Assembly: GCA_038326985.1 (NCBI GenBank)
Contig: JBBQKQ010000001.1
Location: forward strand, 5,943-69,942
Direction of reading: 5' to 3'
DNA from: Minisyncoccia bacterium
Lineage (GTDB): Bacteria > Patescibacteriota > Minisyncoccia > Phycocordibacterales > UBA5272
DNA: 64,000 bases
Every line of letters starts with the position of its first letter. Position 1 is the stretch's first letter. The translations under genes were made by a program, and so were the position numbers. A model generated the notes under the pieces. That model worked only from the letters and a program-made list of their open reading frames with translations, did no database searches and was not told the origin of the DNA. Below are positions 53,811 to 62,389 of this stretch, piece after piece.

Positions 53811-53858
53811 GACTGGGAAATAAACATTCGTCAAAAGTTCGTGGTATACTTTTTTTAT

Positions 53859-54554
53859 ATGAAAGAAAAATTATTACTTGAACCTAAATGTGTCATTCCA
53901 GAAGAGTATAAAGATAGAAAAGTATTTTTCCTTGCTGGACCAATTCGTGGTGGTGGAAATTGGCAAATGAGAGCAGCAGAAACTTTATGGAAAAAATATC
54001 CCGGTTGCATTGTTGTTGACCCATCAAGATGGGATGCTGCAGAAAAAAATGCAAAGTCAGAAGAAGAAAGATCAAAAATTACTGAACACAGAAAAAACGC
54101 AATCGGTGTAAAAGATGAAAGTCTTTATCTCGCTCAAGCACCTTGGGAAAGTCATCATATGAAAATTGCGAGTGAATTAGGTACACTTTTCTTTTGGCTG
54201 GAAAAACAATCCAAAGATGACCCACGCCTACAAAATGAAGGAGTGTATGCACAAGATACAAGAGTTGAAATGGGTATTTGGATTGAACGAGCTCATAATA
54301 ATCCGAGTTTGAAAATTAAAATTGGAGGAAATTGGGAGATTGATGAAACTGGCAAAGAAACAGAAAACTCTTTTGGAGGAATGAATTTCATTGCTTATTA
54401 TTTGACTGGCGAAAAGGATAGAAGAAAAGTTTACAATGGTGAAGTCAAAAGCGAACATTTAGTTTTGGCACATTCATTGGAAGAATTTTTAGAAAACGCT
54501 GTTGTTGATAAAGAGAAAGTAGAGCCAAAAGTTCCTAACATGCCAATGAAATAA
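53859..54554 (+). CDS. nucleoside 2-deoxyribosyltransferase-like (NDT/DrHyd-fold) protein
   Basis: Trimmed from track ORF 53754..54554, whose first 35 codons translate the repeat motif and terminator. MKEKLLL...RKVFFLAGPIRGGGNWQ...WESHHMKIASELGTLFFWL...YAQDTRVEMGIWIE fits the NDT-like pattern (hFLAGPi..W ... E.G). TGGTATACT lies 8 nt upstream of the ATG. Confidence 0.6.
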   Translation: MKEKLLLEPKCVIPEEYKDRKVFFLAGPIRGGGNWQMRAAETLWKKYPGCIVVDPSRWDAAEKNAKSEEERSKITEHRKNAIGVKDESLYLAQAPWESHHMKIASELGTLFFWLEKQSKDDPRLQNEGVYAQDTRVEMGIWIERAHNNPSLKIKIGGNWEIDETGKETENSFGGMNFIAYYLTGEKDRRKVYNGEVKSEHLVLAHSLEEFLENAVVDKEKVEPKVPNMPMK

Positions 54555-54574
54555 TTTAATTTTCTTCCAAAACC

Positions 54575-54606
54575 CCTGCCGAAAATTGTCCCACGTCTTC
54601 CGCAAA
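54575..54606 (+). repeat. cassette-end motif, copy 2
   Basis: cctgccgaaaattgtcccacgtcttccgcaaa, 20 nt after the NDT-like stop. Confidence 0.85.
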
Positions 54607-54625
54607 TGAAATAGAGTAAAAATAT

Positions 54626-54650
54626 CCTTATAAATTAAGGTTATTTTTTT
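54626..54650 (+). terminator. intrinsic terminator after motif copy 2
   Basis: CCTTA-TAAAT-TAAGG followed by TTATTTTTTT. Confidence 0.55.
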
Positions 54651-54733
54651 ATTTGTAATTTTTACAGGTTGTGATAGAAAAACACTAGATATGCAAAATC
54701 AAATATTTTTGTTACACTATTAATACAATACTT

Positions 54734-55423
54734 ATGCAACCACCAAGACCAGAGCCACAACAATTAGAATTGCAACCACAAAAAGTTGAAGATTTAAGCA
54801 AAGAAAAATATTTCACCGTGGAAGTGGGGTCTTCACCACAATTAGAAGAATTAAAAAAACAAGCACGAAGTCTAAGAGATTTACCATTTATAGAAAAACT
54901 GGAAACTCTCAAGAAACTTTCCACCAACCCATTAAAGAATGTATATGATTTAGAACCTAACCTTAGTGGAGTTGCAGTATTGAAAGCCCAGTTAGAGAAA
55001 AGCGCAAGAATAGAAGATATTCTAAAAAAAGAACAGACTCTTTCTTATGCGCTTGAAAAAGGTTATGGTTGTTGTAGGTATCAAGCGTTATTGTTTTTCT
55101 TGCTAAGTATAGAAGCAGGTTTAGGAAGTACTGGAATGCTTTTAACTAAAAGAGTATTTGGGAATTTCTTTTCAGTTTTCAATGTTGTCTTTGACGAAAA
55201 AGGAAACAGGCATGCTTTTTCACTTTTCAATGACAGTTTATTAGAAGGAAACTCTGCTAGATATAATATGGATTTAACTGATTATGATATCGTCCCAAAT
55301 AACTTTTCTTCTCAACAAGATTATCCATATTATGTAAAAGAGAGTAGTGAAATTCAAATTTACAAAGTTTCAGGTAAAAATAAAAGGAAGTTATTAGGGC
55401 TTTACGCGCAAGGAATTAACTAA
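54734..55423 (+). CDS. hypothetical protein, possibly a transglutaminase-like/papain-fold cysteine enzyme
   Basis: 229 aa. EKGYGCCRYQALLFFLLSIEAGLG resembles the transglutaminase-core Cys helix (G.C..fa.lf..l.r..G). Downstream NRHAFSLFND could supply the His/Asp. Tentative. Confidence 0.35.
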   Translation: MQPPRPEPQQLELQPQKVEDLSKEKYFTVEVGSSPQLEELKKQARSLRDLPFIEKLETLKKLSTNPLKNVYDLEPNLSGVAVLKAQLEKSARIEDILKKEQTLSYALEKGYGCCRYQALLFFLLSIEAGLGSTGMLLTKRVFGNFFSVFNVVFDEKGNRHAFSLFNDSLLEGNSARYNMDLTDYDIVPNNFSSQQDYPYYVKESSEIQIYKVSGKNKRKLLGLYAQGIN

Positions 55424-55438
55424 TTTCCTCTAAAACCC

Positions 55439-55470
55439 CCTGCCGAAAATTGTCCCACGTCTTCCGCTAA
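55439..55470 (+). repeat. cassette-end motif, copy 3 (last copy, abutting the convergent glycosidase gene)
   Basis: cctgccgaaaattgtcccacgtcttccgctaa, 15 nt after the stop at 55423. Confidence 0.85.
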
Positions 55471-55480
55471 ATAATAATAA

Positions 55481-57235
55481 CTATCTGTTCACAAAGACGT
55501 CAATTGATTTCTGGTTAATCATATTTCCCATATTATCTTTTGCAACAAAATTTATTGTATAATTTTTACTTGATTTCCAATTCCACCCTGGAAGATCTAC
55601 GATTGCTTCTTTGTGTGGATAATCTACTGACGAATCGTAAAGCTTATTTAAAACATCACCATCTACTTGCCAAAACATTTGGTATTGGCTTAATTCTGTA
55701 TTTTGCAAAATTGCTTTCCACGGTTGCACACCGCTGAGATTGATATTTTGAGTTGGCCACCAAACCTCAATTAATTTTTGAGATTGAGAGGATTGAACAG
55801 GATTTGTGCTGGAGGCAGTAGTAGTGGTTGAATCGTTTACTTGGATAACAAGTAAAGAGTCAATCCAAAAATAATTTTGTGTCCAGTCAGATTTAAAAAT
55901 TCCTACTTTCAGAGTGTATTTTCCTGAAGCTGTGGGAGTCCAGCTTTCTAAAAATTTTAAACTAGAGTTTGTAGTTAAAGTTTGTCCTTCTTTAAATTTT
56001 TGGAAAACTTTTTGATTACTTTCATTGTATATTTCAATATCTACAATCACATTTTGTAAGGTGGTGCTTCCATTTCTAATTGTTATATAAATAGAAGTAG
56101 GAGAGTTTTTTGTTGGCATAGCTGGACTTAAAACTCCACTCGCAGAGATTGCAGAAGTTGGACCTGGAGTTACAAAATTTCCTGTGTACCAATTTTTTAT
56201 TACAGTTTCTGCTGACTTGTTTTGAGGAGAGTAGTCAATATTTCCCGGACCTCCATAGTTGGGATCGCTGTTCCAATCCCATAGAAATATTCCACTTAAA
56301 TAAGGATAGTTATTACAATATTCGAAAAATGCCTGGTAGTCTGTTTTCTGCTCTAATTCATCATAAGCACCCGATGGTTCTGCTGGGTTTAAATGGGCAC
56401 CTGCGCTACTTCTATAACCAATTTCTGAAAAGAATATTTTCTTACCAGTTCTTTGTTGTAATAATTGAATGTCATTTTTGTTTATAATATCCCATGATTG
56501 CTTTAATTGTTCTACGTTGTTATTTGAATTTGACTGAAGTGGCCAATAAGCTGAAATACTTATTAAATCTAGTTTGTCCCAGAATTCTATATGATCCTTT
56601 TCATCACCCCAAGTATCATAGTTACCCCAGTTTGCACCATAAGTAATTTTTCCAGTGTAGCGTTTACGAACTTCGTCAATAAGCCTGTTCCAATTGGTAG
56701 TGTTAGTACTGTTTACACTTGGGGTTGTTAGGCTGATTAGCTCTGTTCCTAACACATATAGTTCGACATTATTGGATTTGGCTATATCGGCATATTTGTT
56801 AAGTATATTTCCATAATTAGCAAACCAAAGGTCCCTGTTGGACGGATTTATATTTGCCCTCCACTCCCAAGTAGTAGATTCAACATGAGGTTTTAACATC
56901 ACTTTCATGCCTTGATCATGTATAAATTTGATTGCGCTTGTAAGTGCTATATCTGTTGGAGTGTTGTAGCCCGCAGAAATTTCTGTAGAGTTTAAGTTTG
57001 TTTGATAAATTGGTATTGCCAGCCCTACACTGTTAGCCCCTATGTTTTTTAAATTTAGTACTGACTGTTTAAAAGAGTCACTCCCAAAGTCTGTTTCTGA
57101 TCGAGATTGAATATCAGCACCTTTAAATTCCTAATCACTCGGTGCTGCAGATGTGTGAAAAGTTGAAATGACAGACAAAGAAATTATTAACATTCCGTTT
57201 AATGCCTTTTTGGATAATATTTTTAATTTAAACAT
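55481..57235 (-). pseudogene. secreted (beta/alpha)8 glycoside hydrolase (clan GH-A-like) with a C-terminal Ig-like domain and a WWP/FWQVDG domain, interrupted by one in-frame TAG
   Basis: The track ORF 55481..56908 starts mid-domain. The same frame is open upstream to the ATG at 57235 (MFKLKILSKKALNGMLIISLSVISTFHTSAAPSD*EFKGADIQ...), except for the TAG at 57133..57131 (codon 35). Candidate catalytic Glu residues lie in VLGTELISL and FFSEIGYRS. The C-terminal 95 aa are homologous to the GH6 N-terminal repeats. Confidence 0.6.
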
Positions 57236-57327
57236 ATTTTTAATTATGAATTTGCATTAACTTAATATGGTATATAGACGTTTATAAAAAAGAGATGTTA
57301 CATTTAAATTATGATATCATTTTTTAA

Positions 57328-57870
57328 ATGATCGAGAAAAATGTATTAGAAAATATTTTGCCCCAAGATTTTTACAATAGAGACACCACCACCGTTGCAC
57401 AAGAGCTTCTGGGAAAACTTCTGGTTCATAAAATTGGGGAGAGAAAATTTGTAGGAGTAATAACCGAAACCGAGGCTTGTCTACCAAAAGACGATCTTGC
57501 AGCTCATGGGTATATTGGTAAAATAAAAAGAAACCTTAGTCTTTTTAAATCTTCTGGTCATGCCTATGTTCACAGTATGAGACAATATTTTTTGCTCGAC
57601 GTTGTAACTGAAAAAGAAAATATCCCTGGGTCGGTCCTAATTAGAAGTATTGAGCCAATTGAAAATATGGAGGGAGTGATAAATGGTCCTGGAAAGGTGT
57701 GTAGAGCTATGCAAATTTCTAAGGAACTTGATGGTGTGGATGTTACTTCTGAAACTAGTGGGCTATACATTACAACTAATATTAATTTTACTGCTCGAGA
57801 AATAAAAATTTCAAATAGAGTTGGGATATCTAAAGCTAAGGAACTATTACTTCGGTTCGGGTTTAAATAA
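57328..57870 (+). CDS. mpg: DNA-3-methyladenine glycosylase (Mpg/AAG family)
   Basis: 180 aa. FYNRDTTTVAQELLGKLLVH...ITETEAC...DLAAHG...GHAYVH. Confidence 0.88.
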   Translation: MIEKNVLENILPQDFYNRDTTTVAQELLGKLLVHKIGERKFVGVITETEACLPKDDLAAHGYIGKIKRNLSLFKSSGHAYVHSMRQYFLLDVVTEKENIPGSVLIRSIEPIENMEGVINGPGKVCRAMQISKELDGVDVTSETSGLYITTNINFTAREIKISNRVGISKAKELLLRFGFK

Positions 57871-57910
57871 ATACTAGTCACAGGTGAGTCTATAGGTCGT
57901 ATTCATATAT

Positions 57911-58849
57911 GTGAAAAGAAAAAAAATACATGTTCTTGGAATTTTAGCAATGTTTATGAGCACTCAAATTACTTTTGCATTTTCCCCAAAAGATACTCCT
58001 GCATATTTCAATGCCCCCACAGTCACAAATATCACTAGTAATAGTGCAACCTTATTTCTAAATAGTAAAGTACTTTCAGATATTACTCCAGAAGAAAAAG
58101 TAGGAATATACTTTCAATACTCAGAAACAAATCAAATCTGCATTGCTATTTACCCCACTCCTGCAGAATGTTTGCCAAAAAAAACTGAAATTGGAAAAAC
58201 TGAAATTGATATTGTAAATTTGAAACCCAATACTTCATATAGTGTTTATTACAAAAGAGACAATACTATACGCTGTATCACAACTCCCTGCCCTTCAAAT
58301 GAGTTCCAAAGCCAACCTGTAGAATTTATCACTAAAAATAATAATATCTCTTCATCTACTAACTCTACATCCACTCTTACTAAAAACTTATTTTTCGGTA
58401 GTCATGATAAGCAAGTATTTATACTTCAAAAGAATTTAATAGAAAAACATTACTTAAAAACCTCAGCAAATGGATATTTCGGACGCAGCACCTTAAAAGC
58501 AGTTAAAAAATTTCAAAAAGCAAATGGCCTAACGCCAACTGGATTTGTTGGTCCAAAAACACGGGCAGCATTAATGAGTACTTCTCTTACAGGTGAATAT
58601 TTTGAAGGAGTAGTAAGTGCATATTCTACAAATTGTTTTGCAGACGGAATCTGTAGCATTACTGTTGGTGGGAAAATAGTTATACTGATTGTTGGAAGAA
58701 AACAGGGACCCTTAGGTCAACTAAAAGGTGTAGAAAGCATAAGTGATATTTCAAAAAAAATAGGTTCAACGGCTAAAGTTTATGCTGCAAAAACTACTAA
58801 TGGGTACACACTTTATGGAAATAATGATTTCTACGTGGATATAAAGTAG
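57911..58849 (+). CDS. secreted protein with an FN3-like domain and a peptidoglycan-binding (PG_binding_1) domain
   Basis: 312 aa with a signal peptide. APTVTNITSNSATLFLN...LKPNTSYSVYY. VFILQKNLIEKHYL...GYFGRSTLKAVKKFQKANGLTPTGFVGPKTRAAL. Confidence 0.65.
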   Translation: MKRKKIHVLGILAMFMSTQITFAFSPKDTPAYFNAPTVTNITSNSATLFLNSKVLSDITPEEKVGIYFQYSETNQICIAIYPTPAECLPKKTEIGKTEIDIVNLKPNTSYSVYYKRDNTIRCITTPCPSNEFQSQPVEFITKNNNISSSTNSTSTLTKNLFFGSHDKQVFILQKNLIEKHYLKTSANGYFGRSTLKAVKKFQKANGLTPTGFVGPKTRAALMSTSLTGEYFEGVVSAYSTNCFADGICSITVGGKIVILIVGRKQGPLGQLKGVESISDISKKIGSTAKVYAAKTTNGYTLYGNNDFYVDIK

Positions 58850-58854
58850 TTTTA

Positions 58855-59358
58855 CTAGTGGAAAAAACCTAAGATTATCTCATCCACTAAAGAAATTTTC
58901 TGATCTTTATTTTCCTTCAAATTGCTTCCTATTGCATTTTTAATCATATCTATATTGGCACTTCCTCCCTCTCTATCGGAGAGGGTCGGGGTGAGGCTTT
59001 CCTCGCCACTTAGGTCAATATAGGCATCTTGGTAAAGTGGGCTTTTAAAAGTAAGCCTCAAAAATGGCTTTGGCAATTCAAAAACTTGATTAATAATTGA
59101 ATAACTCAAAAGGTCACTATATTTATAACTAGTATTTCCATAAAGTATTCCATCATCAAATATATAAACTTCAATATTTTCTTCCCTATCTTTACTTAAA
59201 AAGATTAAAAAAGTTATCATACAAACGATTACAAAAAATAAAATATTCCCAAACATGAAAGCAAAAAATAACACAAAGGCAAGAAAAACTCCCAAGTAAA
59301 CTTTACCAGGAACGTGTATATCCTTTTTATATATAGTAAATGAATAAATAGGACTCAT
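58855..59358 (-). CDS. hypothetical 2-TM membrane protein
   Basis: 167 aa. Carries GC-rich element A2 in frame. Confidence 0.3.
   Translation of the reverse strand: MSPIYSFTIYKKDIHVPGKVYLGVFLAFVLFFAFMFGNILFFVIVCMITFLIFLSKDREENIEVYIFDDGILYGNTSYKYSDLLSYSIINQVFELPKPFLRLTFKSPLYQDAYIDLSGEESLTPTLSDREGGSANIDMIKNAIGSNLKENKDQKISLVDEIILGFFH
58964..58996 (-). repeat. GC-rich hairpin mini-element, family A, copy 2 (in frame)
   Basis: cctccctctctatcggagagggtcggggtgagg. Translated as SLTPTLSDREGG, compared with GLTPDPSPKERG at 4119-4152. Confidence 0.75.
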
Positions 59359-59372
59359 TCTTATATTATACC

Positions 59373-60011
59373 CTATTTGTTAAGTGCTTTTAAATCTTTG
59401 ACATTATCTTGAAGAGTTTTAACTTTATTTTTTAAGCTTGTTACTAGTGCTTTTTTATAAATAGTTTCTTCTGTTTTTAGAGTATCAATGTCACCTCTCA
59501 TTTTTATAGCTTCATCTGTAGGCAAATCCTCATCATCGCAAATATTTGAATCTATGAAAAGTGAGGTACTAGCAAGAGAAGTATCAATGTCAGTATAATA
59601 ATTCCTTGCATCGTCAATTTGCTTTTTCATAGTTTTAAAAATAATTTTTTCTTTTGTCTTTAAAAGTATTAAATCTTTTGTATTTCCAAATATCTCTTCA
59701 CGTAGTAAATATTCTTGGTTTATAATATCTTCTATTTTATCAATTTTAAGCTTCATTTCTCCTGAAGAACTTTCTAAGTCCAAAACTTTATCAGTAATAT
59801 CGTCAAAAACTTCACAACTTGTTTTGTTTTCACTCAGACTAACTGTCAAAACGGGTTCAACATTTTTAGGAGTAGATTTTCCAAAGAAAAACTCTTTTAC
59901 ACTTTCTACGGCTCCAGAAGCTTCGGCGTTAGCTGGTTTTGTATCCACTGCAAAAATACTCAAGGTTAGAATAATCACAGAAAATATTTTGGTAAAATTT
60001 TTAATTTGCAT
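59373..60011 (-). CDS. hypothetical secreted coiled-coil protein
   Basis: 212 aa with a signal peptide. Last gene but one of the ECF sigma operon. Confidence 0.3.
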   Translation of the reverse strand: MQIKNFTKIFSVIILTLSIFAVDTKPANAEASGAVESVKEFFFGKSTPKNVEPVLTVSLSENKTSCEVFDDITDKVLDLESSSGEMKLKIDKIEDIINQEYLLREEIFGNTKDLILLKTKEKIIFKTMKKQIDDARNYYTDIDTSLASTSLFIDSNICDDEDLPTDEAIKMRGDIDTLKTEETIYKKALVTSLKNKVKTLQDNVKDLKALNK

Positions 60012-60285
60012 TTTCTAAATTGTCTAACTGGTTAATCAGTCTAGTATTTGAGTCTTCCAACATGGCAATTTGGTTAGAATATGGAGTAGCTGGAGTTTTG
60101 TTTACTAGAAAAAGCCCAAGAACAGCAACTAGTGCGGGAATGGCAAAGGCAAATGAAAGCGCTCGTTTATTGAAAACTTTAAAACTTGGTATTCCAAAAT
60201 GGGGTACTGCAACCTGTGAAAATTCTGCTTTTTTAAAAGCATTTATTTCTTGTTCGTATTCTTGTTCAAATTTTTCTAATTTCAT
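60001..60285 (-). CDS. single-pass membrane protein, putative anti-sigma factor
   Basis: 94 aa. Overlaps the sigma gene by 20 nt. One central TM helix. Assigned by position only. Confidence 0.35.
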   Translation of the reverse strand: MKLEKFEQEYEQEINAFKKAEFSQVAVPHFGIPSFKVFNKRALSFAFAIPALVAVLGLFLVNKTPATPYSNQIAMLEDSNTRLINQLDNLENAN

Positions 60286-60847
60286 ATTTTTTTTCTGGTT
60301 CGACCTTGGTATTTTTTCTCACTTTAGCAAGTGCACGGGATATTTTTTTTCTAACGTTATCTTCTGTGGTATTATAAATTTTTGACAGTTCAGAATATTC
60401 TAGTTCCGACAGAAAGCGAAGACTGACCAGTTCGCGCTCTAGAGGTTCTAAAATATTTAACATTTCCATCACCATTTTATTGTTTTCGTTTTTAATGAAA
60501 ATGTCTTCAGGTAATGGAAGATCACTTTTGACCGAGTCAAACTGGTTTTGATCATTAGGGCTTGTGTCTGTAAACTCGTCGTGTGAGTTTCCAGGCAAAA
60601 ACCCTAAATACTTATGCCGAGCTGACCTAAAAAAGTCAATTGATTTGGAACGTGCGATGACATACAAGTAAGACATTGCCACTTTTTCATCTGGAATAAC
60701 ATCCCAAGTTCTAAAAGCTTTTAAGAAAACTTCTTGCACAAGATCTTTAACTTCTTCACTATCGTTTATCCGAAATGACAAGTAAGAATAGACCCGGTTA
60801 TACAGGCGATTGTGCATGGAAGTAAATTCCTGATTATCTATGCTCAT
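60266..60847 (-). CDS. ECF-type RNA polymerase sigma-70 factor
   Basis: 193 aa. Region 2 (DLVQEVFLKAFRTW...YLYVIARSKSIDFFR) and region 4 HTH (YSELSKIYNTTEDNVRKKISRALAKV). Confidence 0.85.
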   Translation of the reverse strand: MSIDNQEFTSMHNRLYNRVYSYLSFRINDSEEVKDLVQEVFLKAFRTWDVIPDEKVAMSYLYVIARSKSIDFFRSARHKYLGFLPGNSHDEFTDTSPNDQNQFDSVKSDLPLPEDIFIKNENNKMVMEMLNILEPLERELVSLRFLSELEYSELSKIYNTTEDNVRKKISRALAKVRKNTKVEPEKKYEIRKI

Positions 60848-60907
60848 ACGCCTACATAGTATATACGATAATTTATTATTTTTGTGACCAACAAAAAAAG
60901 CCCTGGT

Positions 60908-61171
60908 TTAGGCTATTTTTGCAACTGCTTTTGACAATCTTGACTTCTTTCTATTTGCAGCTCCTTTTTTAATAACTCCTCTTTTTGCAGCTTTGTCGAT
61001 CGCCTTAAAAGCGGCACTCATGTCGTCTCTTAAGTTTGTCTTTTCTTTTTTAAGAACACTTGTTTTTACAACCTTAACAGTATCCTTCATTTTGTTAGTT
61101 CGTCTTTCATTTACAAGAGCTTTTTTTAAAGATTGTCGATGTGCTTTTTTACCACCTTTTGTTATTGCCAT
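60908..61171 (-). CDS. rpsT: 30S ribosomal protein S20
   Basis: 87 aa. KKAHRQSLKKALVNERRTNKMK...AFKAIDKAAKRGVIKKGAANRKKSRL. Confidence 0.9.
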   Translation of the reverse strand: MAITKGGKKAHRQSLKKALVNERRTNKMKDTVKVVKTSVLKKEKTNLRDDMSAAFKAIDKAAKRGVIKKGAANRKKSRLSKAVAKIA

Positions 61172-61351
61172 ATATTTATATTATTATTTTTAACTTGAAT
61201 AAATTCTATCACGATTTGCTACTTTTAGCAAATTAATAACTTATAACTCCACTACCAATGTAGAATTATTAATGTGAGTATATACTAAAAGTATTTTTCT
61301 ATGGATAAAAATTTGTGGGTAACCAAAGAAAAGTCTTAATAAGAAATAATT

Positions 61352-62326
61352 TTATTTTTTATTTTTATAATAATTTCTTATTCTTCTAATTTCATCATGT
61401 TCACGGTGTAAATGCCACGCAGTAGCTGCTAAAAGCACCATAAATAAAAATGTGTAAATCTCAATTTTGTGTTTGTCTACAAAAGTACGTTTATCTTTTA
61501 AAACTCCAATTTGCTTACTTGTAACAACAGGCAAAATATTACCTTGAAAAAAAGTTTGTAAATAAATTGTATACTCCCCTTCATTTAAAGTATCTCCCGG
61601 TACAGTCACAACGTAGTTCGAATTTTGAAGATCATTTGCATAAAAGGTTTTCGTGTAAACTTCTTGACCTTGTTGGTTCACAACAACCAAGTTTAATTTT
61701 TCCAAACTCTTACCTGTTGATACAGGATTGCCAACCGAAAAAGTGTAGTCGGTATTATCATAAATAGCTATCTTGCCATTTATGTTTAGTGCCAAGTCCA
61801 AAGTTCTAATTTCACTTGTGCTGGCATTTTTTGTTTCTTCTTTTTTGTCAGAAATATTAATGTTCATAACCTTCTGTTGCAGTCCCAAATCCATGTTATT
61901 TACATCCAAAGCTACTCCACCCTCAATTGAAAGTGAAGTACTCCCAGCTTTTTCTGCAGTAAATTTGTAAGTTAAGTATTGAGTCCTAGATTTTACACCA
62001 TTTGGAAAACCTGCAGTTCTTTCAATGATTCCACTTGCTTCATCATCTAAATAAGTAGCTGGTGTGTTAACTGGAAACCAGTCAGGTGCGAATGTTGCAT
62101 CTTCAAATTTTAAATTATCAGGATTATAGAACAAAGTATTGGCAATAGTATAAACGGCTTTACCATTTTCTGGCTCTAAAAATAAATTAATTGTTACTGT
62201 ATCTCCTACTTTTACGTCTAAAGACTGGGTATACCATTTTGCAGCAACTGGGTTAGCGAAACTAAAACCGAACATCATCAAACTTGCAAGTACACTTAAA
62301 AATATTTTACTAAAAAAGTTGGGCAT
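61352..62326 (-). CDS. hypothetical secreted protein with a C-terminal TM anchor (beta-sandwich/cohesin-like?)
   Basis: 324 aa. Signal peptide, beta-rich, C-terminal TM helix plus a basic tail. Confidence 0.3.
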   Translation of the reverse strand: MPNFFSKIFLSVLASLMMFGFSFANPVAAKWYTQSLDVKVGDTVTINLFLEPENGKAVYTIANTLFYNPDNLKFEDATFAPDWFPVNTPATYLDDEASGIIERTAGFPNGVKSRTQYLTYKFTAEKAGSTSLSIEGGVALDVNNMDLGLQQKVMNINISDKKEETKNASTSEIRTLDLALNINGKIAIYDNTDYTFSVGNPVSTGKSLEKLNLVVVNQQGQEVYTKTFYANDLQNSNYVVTVPGDTLNEGEYTIYLQTFFQGNILPVVTSKQIGVLKDKRTFVDKHKIEIYTFLFMVLLAATAWHLHREHDEIRRIRNYYKNKK

Positions 62327-62389
62327 AATGATTTATTGTTGTTATTAACCTCTCTTTTTTAGTATACAACCAATTCTTATTTTAACCAA

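Noticed and set aside
53754-53858. N-terminal 35 codons of track ORF 53754..54554
   Set aside because: This stretch translates the repeat motif, the terminator hairpin and the promoter (MSHVFRKKILPLENKGFYFDWEINIRQKF...). The homologous NDT-like sequence starts at MKEKLLL (53859), right behind a TGGTATACT box.
53743-55470. CRISPR or integron attC interpretation of the 32-nt repeats
   Set aside because: The reverse complement contains GUUUUAGAGG. However, the repeats are about 830 bp apart and separated by whole genes, not by 25-40-nt spacers. They lack the R''/L''-L'/R' imperfect palindrome and GTTRRRY core of attC, and no intI or cas gene is present.
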